From: an uncultured delta proteobacterium
GTDB taxonomy: Bacteria; Myxococcota_A; UBA9160; SMWR01
Direction: 5' to 3'
Length of the DNA stretch: 64,000 nt
NCBI GenBank assembly: GCA_963832165.1
Contig: CAWHTE010000003.1
Coordinates: 416,001-480,000 of the forward strand
The notes beneath the pieces are model-generated. The model searched no databases. It worked only from the letters and a program-made list of their open reading frames with translations, and was not told the origin of the DNA. Both the position numbers and the translations under genes were made by a program. The stretch's first letter is position 1; each line of letters opens with the position of its first letter. Positions 48,829-59,575 of this stretch are shown here, piece by piece.

Positions 48829-51234
48829 CTACAGCCCGGTCGGGCGCGTCCCGATCACCTGCGCTGCCTCGAGCTCGTCGAGCTCTGCGTCGGCCAGGCC
48901 GAGCAGACCGCCCAGGATCTCGCGGTTGTGCTCGCCGAGCGTCGGCGCAGGGCTGCGCAGCCAGCGCTCGACGCTCGCGAAGCGGAACGGCGGCGCGCAG
49001 ATCGGATGCGTCCCCACGACGGGATGGGTGAGCGTCTCGTAGAAGCCGCGCGCGACGAGCTGCGGATGGCGGTAGGTGGTGCGCGGATCGACGACGGGCG
49101 CGGCGGGCACGCCCGCGGCGACGAGCTCCGCGACGGTGGACTCGAGCTCGCGCTCGGCGGCCCAGCGCGCGAGCTCGGCGTCGAGCAGGTCGTGCTGCGC
49201 GCGGCGTCCCGCGTGGTGCGCGAGCTCGGTGTTCTGCGCCCACGCAGGGCGCCCGAGCACGCCGATCAGCGCCTGCCACTGCGCGTCGCTCTCGATCGAG
49301 AGCGCGAGCCATTGCTCGCGCCCGCGGCACGCGTAGAGGTTCTGCGGGGCCGCGTGCGGCGCGCGGTTGCCCTCGCGCTGCAGCACGACGTCGTGCGCGC
49401 CGTGCTCGACGATCTGCTCCGCGGCCGCGTTGAGCGCGCCCTCGACCATCGTGCACTCGACGAGGTGGCCGGTGCCGGTCCGTTCGCGCTCGGCGAGCGC
49501 CACGAGCGTCGCGAACGCCGCGTGCGTGCCCGCGAGCGGGTCGCACGGGCCGCGCTGGATGCGCGGCTGGTCGTGCGGATGGCCGGTCAGCCACGCGAGC
49601 CCGGTGATCTGCTCCATCGTCTGCGCGAAGCCCACGTGATCGCGCCACGGTCCCGAGAGCCCGAACGCGGGCATGCGCACGAGGATCGTCGCGGGCGAGA
49701 GCGCGTGCACCGAATCCCAGTCGAGCCCGAACTGCTCGATCACGCGCGGCGAGAAGTTCTCAACGAACACGTCGCAGGACGCGATCAAGCGCTTGGCGAG
49801 CGCGAGCCCGCGCGCGTCGGCGAGGTTCAGCGTGAGGCCGCGCTTGTTGGTGTTCGCGGACAGGAAGATGTGGCTGTACTCCCACCAGCTCGGCACGTGG
49901 CCGATCAGCGCGCCGCCGACCATGCGCATGCCGTCGGGGCGCTGGATCGCCTCGAGGTGGATCACGTCGGCGCCGAGCACGGCGAGCATCCACGTCGCCG
50001 AGGGCCCGGCCCACCACGCGGTTGCGTCGAGCACGCGGATGCCCGCGAGCGGAAGTCCGTCGCCCGGCGCGCGCCGCGCGCCCGCGGGCGACGGGGCTGC
50101 GACAGGTGCTTCGATCGCGTCTGCGTGTGCTCGCCGAGGCGCGGGCGTCGGACGCGGCGGCGCGGGATCGCTGGTCGTCGATCCGGTAGGGCGGGCGCGG
50201 CTGCGCGAACCCGCCCGACGGGTTCTTCAGGAACACACCGCGCGCCGCGAAGTGCTCGTGCTCCTTCACGCTGCGCCCGTCGTGCACGGGCGCCACGGGG
50301 ATCCGCAGCAGCGCCGCGCGCTCGACGATCTCGGCCGTGGTGTGCTGCGTGGTCCACGCGCGCACGGCCGCGTTCCACTCGTCCATGCGCGCCCAGCGGC
50401 CGGTGATCTTCGCGAGCTCCTCGTCCTCGAGCAGATCGGTTCGCTCGATCAGGAGCAGGAAGTCGCGGTACTGCTGACGCGAGTTGGTGTTGAAGCCGAC
50501 CCAGCCGTCCTTCGTGGGCTCGATCGACGGCAGCTCGATGCTGCGAGCCGGCGTGCCCGCGACGTCGGGCCGGCCGAGCATGCTGTTGAGCAGGTCGGTG
50601 TACATCGTGCCCGCGATGTTCATCACCTCGAGCAGCGAGAAGTCGACGTGCTCGCCGAGCCCGTGCGCGCGCGCGCGACGCATGCGCGGCGAGCGCCGCC
50701 ACCGCCGCGAACGTGCCACCCACCCACTCGGTGGTGCGCCCGCCGGCCATCACGGGCGGCTGCGAGGCGAGCCCGCGCGTTGCGATCGAGCCCGCATTCG
50801 GCCTGGATCGTGAACTCGGTCGAGGCGCGCCCCGCGTACGGCCCCGTGCGCCCGAACGGCGTGATCGAGAGCACGACGAGTCCCGGATGCCGCTCGGAGA
50901 GGCTGGCCGCGCCGAGCAGGTCCTGCTCGAACGACTCGACCACGAGATGCGCGTCGGCGACGAGCGCTTCCACCCGCGCGTCGCCGGGAGCGCCGACGAC
51001 CGAGCGCTTTCCCGCTGCCAGGAACTGGAACAGCGGCCCATCGCGCCCGGCGAGCTCGACGCCGCTCGCGGTGAACCTGCGCAGCGGGTCGCCGCCGGGC
51101 GGCTCCACCTTCACCACATCGGCGCCCGCGTCGCAGAAGAGCTTCGCCGTGTAGCCGCCCGCGATCCCGGTCGAGAGATCGATCACGCGCAGGTCGCGCA
51201 GTCCGTGCAATGCAGGTGCTCCTTCGCGGAGCAT
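48829..51234 (-). CDS. Double-domain CoA-transferase family III, broken by several frameshifts between 50100 and 50800
   Basis: Domain 1 (LRVIDLS, GADVVKVEPPGGDPLR) in 50623-51234; middle part in 49760-50719; domain 2 (IRVLDATAWWAGP, VENFSPRV, PTLGEHN) in 48829-50034. Confidence 0.8.
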
Positions 51235-51264
51235 TCTACGCCGCGCCGGCGTGGTTGGCCGTGG

Positions 51265-54249
51265 CTACGCGGTGACTGCGGGGGGTCGCGTGGTCTCGAC
51301 GGCAGCGCGCGGTTCTCCAGCGAGCATGCGGCGGTCGGCTGCTGAATCGCGCGTTCGAGCGGCCCTGGTCTCCTGCCATCTCGCCAGCAGCTTCATGAGC
51401 TCGGCGTCATTCACGGGTTTGACCAGGTGCCCATCGAAGCCCGCTTCTCTCGACTTCCGGCGGTCTTCCTGTTGCCCCCAGCCGGTCAGCGCGAAGATCG
51501 CGATGTCTCGGCCGCCCTTCATGTCGCGGATGCGGCGGCACGCTTCGTAGCCGTTCAGCTTCGGCATTCCGATGTCGAGCAGGATCACGTCTGGCGCGAG
51601 GCTCGCGGCCGCTGCGATGGCCGCCTCGCCATCGTTCGCCGTGTGGGCCTCGTTCCCGGAGAGCGCCAGCACCTCGGCGAGAACATTCGCGGCCGGGCGG
51701 CTGTCGTCGACCACGAGGATGCGGAGTCGAGTGGCCACGGACGAGGCACCCGCCGTCGGCACCACGGGTCGCACGGCAGGCGCCTCGAGCACGGGAAGTC
51801 GCACGACGAACTCGCTCCCTCGACCCGGGCCCTCGCTGTGCGCTGTGATCGTGCCGTCGTGCAGCTCCACGATCCTCTTCACCAACGTGAGCCCGATGCC
51901 CAGGCCTCCCTGGGATCGCTCCAGCGTCCCGTCTACCTGGGTGAACAGATCGAAGATCGTCCCGAGCGCTCCGGACGGGATTCCGATTCCGGTGTCCATC
52001 ACGGAGATGACGGCCTGGTCTCCATCGCGACGCGCCGTCAGCCAGATCCGGCCGCCCGGCGCGGTGAACTTGCGGGCGTTCTGGAGCAGGTTGCTGAACA
52101 CCTGACCCAGGCGGATCTCGTCGCCGCTCACGTAGAGGGGATCCCGCGGCAACGTCAGCTCCACCTGATGCTCGAACCCGTTCGAGTGCGTGCGAGAAGA
52201 GACGGTGGCGGCGCGCAGGATCGCCGCGAGCTCCACGGTGTCGCGCTGCAGCGTCAGCTTCCCGTGGCTGATGCGACTCGTGTCCACCAGGTCATCGATC
52301 AGTCGCACGAGCAGATCGATCTGCTGCCCCATCATCGCGCGCATTCTCTCGATGGTGCCGAGATCCAGACCGGTGCGACTCAACACGGTCAGTGCGCTCG
52401 AAATCGGGGCGAGCGGGTTGCGCAGCTCGTGGGCGAGCATCGCCAGGAACTCGTCCTTGCGTCGGTCCGTCTCCCGGAGCGCCTGCTCCATCTGCTTGCG
52501 ATCGGTGATATCGATGATCGAGCCGATGTAGCCCTGGAACACGCCATCCGGGCCGAAGCGCGGCCGGCCCGCCGCGATCACCCAGTGGCACTCCCCATCC
52601 GCCCGGAGGACGCGGTATTCGAGCGAGATGACTGCGCGGTTCTCGTGTGCGACGCGGCACGCATCGCGCGTGGCCTCCCGATCGTCCGGATGCACGGCAT
52701 CGAGCCACCCGACTCCGAGCGCACTCTCCTCCGCCTGACCCGTGAACTCGTACCAGCCCCGCGACAGGAACGAACACTCGCCGCTCGTCTCGGTCACCCA
52801 GACCATCGCCGGAGCCGTGTCGGCGAAGCTGCGGAAGCGCTCCTCGCTCTCGCGGAGCGCCTGCTCGGCCTGCGTGCGCTCGATGGCGACGGCCGCCAGG
52901 CGCGTGGCGTGCTCGATCAGCTGCCGGTCGTGCGGGCCGGGATCGTGCGGTTGGCGGTAGTACATGGCGATCGTGCCGAGGAGCCGGCCGTGAGGGGACA
53001 GGATGGGCGTCGAGCAGCACGCGCCCAGGCGGTGCTCGGCCGCCAGCGCCTTGAAGTCAGACCACTTGGGGTCCGTTGCGATGTCGGCGACGAAGACCGG
53101 GCGGCGTTCGAACGCCGCCGTGCCGCACGAGCCCACGCCGGGTCCGATGCGGATCCCATCGATCGCCCGGATGTACGCGTCGGGAAGGCTCGGCGCAGCA
53201 CCGTGCGTGAGGTGCTGCCCCGACTCGTCGATCAGCAGCACGGAGCAGAGCAGGCCCTCGCTCGACAGAGATTCGATCTGGCGCGTCAACGCATCGAGCG
53301 TGTCGCGTAGCGGCACGCTCGACGTGATCTGCTCGAGCACCGTCTTCTCCGCCGCGAGCAAGCCCTCCGCGCGGTGCCGATCGGTGATGTTGTTGATCAG
53401 CACGGCGAGCTTCGGGGTGCCACCTTTGTCGATCCGCGTCACCAGCACATCGAACCAGTACTTTCCGTCCTGGCTGCGCCGTTCGACGCGCGTCGGCTGA
53501 CCCGTGCGGGCCGTTTCGCGGAAGAACTCGAGCCACTCGGGGTCGAGGTCCGGCACCACTTCGCGCATCGTGCGGCCGACTGCCGCGCCGAGGCCGGTCA
53601 ACGATGCGAACGCAGGATTCACCTCGAGCAGGCGGTAGTCGTGCGGCTCGCCCTGTTCGTTCGCGAGCACCTCGCAGGCGCAGAATCCCTCGTCGATCGA
53701 CTCGAATAGCGCCCGGTACCGCTCCTCGCTCGAGCGCCGCGCATCGACCGCGTGCGCGCGCTCCACGGCCTCCCACGTCCGGTTGGCCACTTCGCCGACG
53801 AGCGCGCTCTCCGAGTGGTGCCACGAGCGCGGCTTCACGCCATGCGCGGCGAGCGCGGCGACCCAGCGGCCGTGCTTGACCAGCGGCCAGCAGATCACCG
53901 CGCGAAAGTCGCGCTTCTCGTAGGAGGGCTCGCCCGCGGTGAGCGGATCGGATCGGAGATCGGCGATGACGACCTCCCGCCCACTCGTCATGTGCGAGAT
54001 CATCGCCGGCCCAAAGCACGACACGGAGCGAACGCCGACGGCGCTCGCCACGCCCGGCCGCGTCCAGTCGCGGTACACGGTCTCGCGATCGTTCGGAACG
54101 TCGATCTCGCAATAGACCACGCGATCGAGTTCGAGATGCTCACCGAGCAGACGACTGGCGAGCTGCACGATCTCGTCAGCGTCGGAGAGCGGTCGCAGCG
54201 CGTCGCTGAACTCTGCGAGGAATCGCTGGCGGTCCTTGCCGTCTTGCAC
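51265..54249 (-). CDS. Hybrid sensor histidine kinase (GAF-PAS-GAF-PAS-HisKA-HATPase-REC)
   Basis: FLAMLAHELRNPL, NLLQNARKFT, DTGIGI, GGLGIGL, then ILVVDD, LLDIGMP and HLVKP; GAF GSCGTAA; no TM segment. Confidence 0.93.
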   Translation of the reverse strand: MQDGKDRQRFLAEFSDALRPLSDADEIVQLASRLLGEHLELDRVVYCEIDVPNDRETVYRDWTRPGVASAVGVRSVSCFGPAMISHMTSGREVVIADLRSDPLTAGEPSYEKRDFRAVICWPLVKHGRWVAALAAHGVKPRSWHHSESALVGEVANRTWEAVERAHAVDARRSSEERYRALFESIDEGFCACEVLANEQGEPHDYRLLEVNPAFASLTGLGAAVGRTMREVVPDLDPEWLEFFRETARTGQPTRVERRSQDGKYWFDVLVTRIDKGGTPKLAVLINNITDRHRAEGLLAAEKTVLEQITSSVPLRDTLDALTRQIESLSSEGLLCSVLLIDESGQHLTHGAAPSLPDAYIRAIDGIRIGPGVGSCGTAAFERRPVFVADIATDPKWSDFKALAAEHRLGACCSTPILSPHGRLLGTIAMYYRQPHDPGPHDRQLIEHATRLAAVAIERTQAEQALRESEERFRSFADTAPAMVWVTETSGECSFLSRGWYEFTGQAEESALGVGWLDAVHPDDREATRDACRVAHENRAVISLEYRVLRADGECHWVIAAGRPRFGPDGVFQGYIGSIIDITDRKQMEQALRETDRRKDEFLAMLAHELRNPLAPISSALTVLSRTGLDLGTIERMRAMMGQQIDLLVRLIDDLVDTSRISHGKLTLQRDTVELAAILRAATVSSRTHSNGFEHQVELTLPRDPLYVSGDEIRLGQVFSNLLQNARKFTAPGGRIWLTARRDGDQAVISVMDTGIGIPSGALGTIFDLFTQVDGTLERSQGGLGIGLTLVKRIVELHDGTITAHSEGPGRGSEFVVRLPVLEAPAVRPVVPTAGASSVATRLRILVVDDSRPAANVLAEVLALSGNEAHTANDGEAAIAAAASLAPDVILLDIGMPKLNGYEACRRIRDMKGGRDIAIFALTGWGQQEDRRKSREAGFDGHLVKPVNDAELMKLLARWQETRAARTRDSAADRRMLAGEPRAAVETTRPPAVTA

Positions 54250-54395
54250 GTCGCCTCGTGAGTTGCAGACGGAACGAAGTCGGTTGCAGAATAACTCCTC
54301 GGCGCTCGAGCGCAGCCGCTCATCCGTTAAATAATCTGCGCGCGCAATGCGGCAATTTGCCCCGTGTCGCGACTAATTCGCGTTCGCAGTGGGGC

Positions 54396-55628
54396 TCAGG
54401 CCAGCGCTACGGGCAACGCGGCCAGCACGCGGAAGAGCGAGGCGCCGTACGCGAGCTCGTCTTCGCCGACCGCGAGCTCGAGCGACGACGTGCGCCGCAC
54501 GAGGGCGCCGATCGCCTCCTGCGCCTCCATGCGCGCGAGGTGGGCGCCGAGACAGAGGTGCGCGCCCCCGCCGAACGCCAGGTGCGGGTTGGGATCGCGC
54601 GCCACGTCGAAACGCTCGGGCGCTTCGAACTGCTCGGGGTCGCGATTCGCCGAGCCGAGCATCGCCATGAGGACCGCGTCCTTCGGGATCGACTTTCCGC
54701 CGAGCTCGAAGTGGGCGTGGGCCACGCGGATCGTGAGCGCGATCGGACCATCGTGGCGCAGGCACTCTTCGACGGCGCGCGCGATGAGACCGGGCTCGGC
54801 GCGGAGGCGGGCGAGCTCCGCCGGGTGGCGGAGGAGCGCCAGCACGCCATTCCCGATCAGGCCGATCGTGGTCTCGAAGCCTGCGATCAGGAGCCCGATC
54901 GACTGCGAGAGCAGCTCGGTCTCGGAGAGCCGATCGCCCTCCTCCTCCGCGCGGACGAGCTGGCTCAGAAGGTCGTCCGCGCGCGCGGCGCGGCGCTCCG
55001 CATGGAGTGCTCGGAAGTACTCGGCGAGCGCGGCGCCCGCTTCGCGCGCGTCGTCCAGGTTGGGATTGCCGAGCGACGCGGTGAGCAGATGAGTTGCCCG
55101 CGCGGTCCACTCGGTGAAACGCGCCTGGTCCGCGGTCGGGACGCCCATCAGCTCGCAGATCAGCGTCGCCGGGATCCGCAGCGCCAGCTCCTCGATCACT
55201 TCCATGTGGCCGCGCGCGAGCGCCGCGTCGACGCTCTCCTCGGCCAGCGCGCGCGCCCGCGGCCGCAGCTGCTCGACCGCGCGGGGCGTGAAGGCCTTGC
55301 TCACGAGTTTGCGCAGCCGCGTGTGGTTGGGCGGATCCTGGCTCAGCATGAACTGGCCCGGGCCCCAGTCGGGAAGATTCTGCGCCAGCCCCGGCAGGCC
55401 TCCGGCCGCCGTCCGCACACCGACCGGCGCGTCGCGGAGCACCCGCAGCACGTCGGCATAGCGGGCGATCTGCCAGACGCCGATCGGCGTCCGGTGGACC
55501 GGATCGACGCGGCGCAGATTGTCGAACAGCGGGTAGGGATCGCGGCGAATCCGCTCGCGCGCGGCCGGATCGAGGAAGTTCATGCCCAGCCACGGATCGT
55601 TCGGGTCGATGTCGGAGTGGAACGTCAC
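54396..55628 (-). CDS. Cytochrome P450
   Basis: DPPNHTRLR, AGFETT, EECLR and heme motif FGGGAHLCLG; GTG overlaps the upstream stop. Confidence 0.93.
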   Translation of the reverse strand: MTFHSDIDPNDPWLGMNFLDPAARERIRRDPYPLFDNLRRVDPVHRTPIGVWQIARYADVLRVLRDAPVGVRTAAGGLPGLAQNLPDWGPGQFMLSQDPPNHTRLRKLVSKAFTPRAVEQLRPRARALAEESVDAALARGHMEVIEELALRIPATLICELMGVPTADQARFTEWTARATHLLTASLGNPNLDDAREAGAALAEYFRALHAERRAARADDLLSQLVRAEEEGDRLSETELLSQSIGLLIAGFETTIGLIGNGVLALLRHPAELARLRAEPGLIARAVEECLRHDGPIALTIRVAHAHFELGGKSIPKDAVLMAMLGSANRDPEQFEAPERFDVARDPNPHLAFGGGAHLCLGAHLARMEAQEAIGALVRRTSSLELAVGEDELAYGASLFRVLAALPVALA

Positions 55629-56830
55629 GCCGCCGCCCCGCTCGCGCGCAGCTCCACGATCTGCGCCGGGGTGCGGCCGAGCTCGGCGAGGATCTCGTCG
55701 GTGTGCTGTCCGTGCGCGGGCGCCATCGCGCGCGGCGCCCAGGGCGTGCCGCCGAAGTCGACCGGCGTCGCCGGCAGCTTGGTGGTGGTATCGCCGTCGG
55801 GCACGTCGACGAAGCCGCCCGCTGCGTGCACCTGCGGGTCGGCCATCACCTCGTCGACCGATTGCACGGGCGCCCACCAGAGGTCGGCCTCGGCGTCGAA
55901 GATCTTTCCCCAATCGTCGCGCGAGCGCGTCGCGAAGATGCGGTCGAGCTCGGCTATCAGCACGGCGGCGTTCTGCGCACGCGCCTGCAGCGTCGAGAAA
56001 CGGGGATCGTCGATCCACTCCGGGTGACCGACCGCGCGCGCGAGCGGAGGCCAGTGACGGTCGCCCTCGAGTCCGACGATCCAGAACCACTTGCCATCGC
56101 GGTCGCAGTAGTTGTTCACGCACGGATTGCCCATCGACGCGCGGTTCGCGACGCCGACGCCCACGCCGAAGCGCACCGCCACCGAGAGATCGAAGCTGAT
56201 CGTGTAGAGGCCCTGGCGCAGCAGCGAGGTCATCACGAGCTGTCCCTCGCCCGTGCGCTCGCGGTGGAACAGCGCGGCCGCGATCCCGCCCGCGAGCGAT
56301 TGGCCCGCGGTGTGGTCGCCCATGCCGCCGCGCTGGAACGGCGGGTGGTGGCCCGGTGCGGTGAGCAGGCCCGCGAGGCCCGAGCGCGCCCAGTAGCCCG
56401 CGATGTCGTAGGCGGCCTTGTCGGCATCGGGGCCCTCGAAGCCGTAGCCCGTGATCGCGCCGTAGATGAGCCGCGGATGCCGCGCGAGCAGGGTCTTGTG
56501 ATCGAGGCCCAGCCGCCCGAGCGCTGCGGGGCGGACGTTGCTCAGGAACACGTCCGCCTCGGCGATCAGCTCCGAGGCGATCTCACGTCCGGAGCTCTTG
56601 GTCAGGTCGAGCACGATGCTGCGCTTGCTGCGATTGTCGTTCTCGAAGATCGGGTTGAAGGGCAGATCTGCGCCCAGCATGCGCGAGAAGGTCCGCGCGG
56701 GATCGCCGATCCCGGGCGGCTCGATCTTCACCACGTCAGCGCCCCAGTCGGCGAGTACGCCGCCCGCGGCCGGGCCCGCGACCCAGACGCCGATTTCCAC
56801 CACTTTCAAGCCCGACATCGGTCCCGGCAT
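55625..56830 (-). CDS. CoA-transferase family III
   Basis: LKVVEIGVWVAGP, GADVVKIEPP, NRSKRS, GMGDH and PAHGQHT. Confidence 0.92.
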   Translation of the reverse strand: MPGPMSGLKVVEIGVWVAGPAAGGVLADWGADVVKIEPPGIGDPARTFSRMLGADLPFNPIFENDNRSKRSIVLDLTKSSGREIASELIAEADVFLSNVRPAALGRLGLDHKTLLARHPRLIYGAITGYGFEGPDADKAAYDIAGYWARSGLAGLLTAPGHHPPFQRGGMGDHTAGQSLAGGIAAALFHRERTGEGQLVMTSLLRQGLYTISFDLSVAVRFGVGVGVANRASMGNPCVNNYCDRDGKWFWIVGLEGDRHWPPLARAVGHPEWIDDPRFSTLQARAQNAAVLIAELDRIFATRSRDDWGKIFDAEADLWWAPVQSVDEVMADPQVHAAGGFVDVPDGDTTTKLPATPVDFGGTPWAPRAMAPAHGQHTDEILAELGRTPAQIVELRASGAAA

Positions 56831-56953
56831 CGCCTGCCTCCTGGTGACTCGGAGTCGCATGAATATCGCATTGACTCCGCGCGCGGGTCATCGCACCCTA
56901 ACTCCTTCTCCCGGCCGCCCTGGCCGCCCACCCCAGCCAGAAGAGACCCCCCA

Positions 56954-58306
56954 ATGCCCGGAAGCGACGGAACTCAAAGCGCCGCCGATACGCGACGCCT
57001 ACTCGCGAGCCGCAAGATCGAGCGCGTCGTGGTGCTCGGCGCGAACGGCACGATGGGCTACGGCAGCGCCGCGCTGTTCACCCAGGCGGTTCCCGAGGTG
57101 GTCTTCCTGGCGCGCACCAAGGCGAAGGCGGAGGAGGCTCTCGGCGATGCGATCCGCCAGGTGCGCTCGCCCACGGTGGCTTCGCGCGCGGTGGTCGGCG
57201 ACTACGACCACGATCTCGGCAAGGCCGTCGCGAGCGCGGACCTGATCTTCGAAGCGCTCACGGAGGACTTCGAGGTCAAGAAGGCGATGTTCGACCGCGT
57301 CGAAGAGGCGCGCCGCGACGACAGCATCATCGCGACGGTCACGTCGGGCCTCTCGATCAACGAGTTGTGCAAGAACCGCAGCGCGTCGTTCCAGAAGAAC
57401 TTCCTGGGACTGCACTTCTTCAACCCGCCCAACGTGATCGTGGGCACCGAGCTGATCGCGGGACGAGACACGGACCCCGCCCTGGTCGACTTCATCGAGG
57501 CGTTTGCACGCGTGCGGCTCGGCCGCGAGATCGTGCGCACGCACGACACGCCCGCGTTCGCAGGCAACCGCGTGGGCTTCAAGGTCCTGAACGAGGCCGC
57601 GCAGCTCGCCGAGCAGATCGGGCCGCTCCTGGTCGACCGGATCGTGGGCCCGTACACGGGCCGCGCGCTCACGCCGCTTGCGACGATCGACCTCGTCGGC
57701 TGGGACATCCACCGCGCGATCGTCGACAACGTGTACGAGAACACCAAGGACGAGGCGCACGAGACGCTGAAGCTGCCCGCCTACATGGACAAGCTCATGG
57801 AGAAGGGCGTGCTCGGCAACAAGACCGGGCGCGGCTTCTTCTGGAAGGAAGGGCAAGGTCCGCCACGTGCTCGAGCCCGTGAGCGGGAACTACCGACCCG
57901 GAGTCGGAGCTCAAGCTTGCCCGACCTCTCCTACATCGCCGACGTAGCGAATCTCTACAGCCAGGCGCGTTATGCAGAGGGCATCCAGGTGTTCCTGAAT
58001 GCCGAAGGCGACGAGGCTGCGCTCGCGCGCAAGGTGATCGCCGGCTACCTCTCGTACGCGTTCCTGCGCGTGGGCGAGGTGACCGATTCGATCGACGGCA
58101 TCGACCGGATCATGGGTGCGGGCTTCAACTGGGCGCCGCCCTCGGTGCTCGTCGACACGATGGGCGCAGACTCGGCGGTGCGGCTGATCGAAGAAGCCGG
58201 GCTCGCGGTGCCTGATGCAATTTCGCGCGCCGCCCGGGCCGGCGAGCCGAAGCGTTTCTTCCGCGATCGACAGGTCAACACCGGTAAGTTCTTCGTCGCG
58301 AACTGA
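56954..58306 (+). CDS. 3-hydroxyacyl-CoA dehydrogenase
   Basis: GANGTMG, LIFEALTE, TSGLSI, LHFFNPP, FAGNR and LGNKTGRGF; locally garbled at 57850-57920 by apparent compensating insertions. Confidence 0.88.
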   Translation: MPGSDGTQSAADTRRLLASRKIERVVVLGANGTMGYGSAALFTQAVPEVVFLARTKAKAEEALGDAIRQVRSPTVASRAVVGDYDHDLGKAVASADLIFEALTEDFEVKKAMFDRVEEARRDDSIIATVTSGLSINELCKNRSASFQKNFLGLHFFNPPNVIVGTELIAGRDTDPALVDFIEAFARVRLGREIVRTHDTPAFAGNRVGFKVLNEAAQLAEQIGPLLVDRIVGPYTGRALTPLATIDLVGWDIHRAIVDNVYENTKDEAHETLKLPAYMDKLMEKGVLGNKTGRGFFWKEGQGPPRARARERELPTRSRSSSLPDLSYIADVANLYSQARYAEGIQVFLNAEGDEAALARKVIAGYLSYAFLRVGEVTDSIDGIDRIMGAGFNWAPPSVLVDTMGADSAVRLIEEAGLAVPDAISRAARAGEPKRFFRDRQVNTGKFFVAN

Positions 58307-58325
58307 CGGACGGAGGAGGGGAGCC

Positions 58326-59562
58326 ATGACAGCGAAGCCTGAGGTCTACGTCCTCGGCGGGTACATGACCGATTTCGCCCGCAACTGGACGAAGGAGAAC
58401 AAGCACTTCTCGGCGCTCATGCGCGAGGCCGTGATCGGCGCGCTCGAGCGCACCGGGATCGCGCCCGAGGAGATCGAGAGCGCGCACGTCGGCAACTTCG
58501 CTGCCGAGCTCTACTGCATGCAGGGTCACCTCGGCGCGTTCTTCACCGAAGTGCACCCGGCGTTCTCGGGGCTGCCCACCTCGCGCCACGAGGCCGCCTG
58601 CGCGTCGGGCAGCATCGCGCTGCTCGCGGCGTCGGCGGAGATCGAGGCCGGGCGCTACGACCTCCAGGCCGTGGTCGGCATCGAGCAGATGAAGACGGTG
58701 TCGGCCGCCGAGGGCGGCTCGTTACCTCGGCACCGCGGCGTGGTACGCCGAAGAGGCGAAGGGCGTCGAGTTCCCGTTCCCGAAGCTGTTCGGTCGGCTC
58801 GGCGACGAGTACGACAAGCGCTACGGGCTCAAGGACGAGTACCTCGCCGAGATCAGCAAGATCAACTACGCGAACGCGAAGAAGAACCCGAACGCGCAGA
58901 CGCGCACCTGGTACATGAACAAGGAGCACGCGCTGTGCCGCACGGACGACAATCCGGCCGTGGGCGGTCGGATCCGGATCGCGGACTGCTCCCAGGTGAC
59001 CGACGGCGCGGTGTGCGTGTTCCTCGCCTCTCGCGAGTACGCCGAGAAGTACGCAAAGGGCACCGGCCGCAAGCTCTCCGATATCCCGCGCATCAAGGGC
59101 TGGGGGCACCACACGGCGCGCCTGCGCTTCGAGGACAAGGTCGCCGAGAGCCGCAACGACCGCTTCGTGCTGCCGCACGTGCGCAGCACGATCACGGACG
59201 CGATGGAGCGCGCGGGCATCGGCGACGTGTCGGGCGTCGACGCGATCGAGACGCACGACTGCTTCACCACCTCCGAGTACATGGCGATCGACCACTTCGG
59301 GATCACCGCACCCGGCGAGAGCTGGAAGGCGGTCGACCAGGGCTGGCTCGAGATCGATGGCAAGCACCCGATCAACCCGAGCGGCGGACTGATCGGCGCA
59401 GGCCATCCCGTGGGCGCCACGGGCGTGCGCCAGCTGCTCGACGCGGTCTGGCAGGTGACCGGCGAGGCCGGCGACTACCAGGTCGAAGGCGCGAAGAACG
59501 TGCAGACGCTGAACATCGGCGGCAGCGGCACGACCAGCGTGAGCTTCATCGTCGGCGTGTGA
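58326..59562 (+). CDS. Thiolase (SCP2-type, HDCF motif), frameshifted near 58722
   Basis: EAACASGS in frame 1; [21 protein letters not shown] and GHPVGATG in frame 2. Removing one T gives GGSYLGTAAW. Confidence 0.9.
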
Positions 59563-59575
59563 GGTCCGCGATAGC

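Noticed and set aside
48829..51234. Calling the frameshifted genes pseudogenes or programmed frameshifts
   Set aside because: No slippery heptamers or nonsense substitutions were seen and catalytic motifs are intact; sequencing error is simpler.
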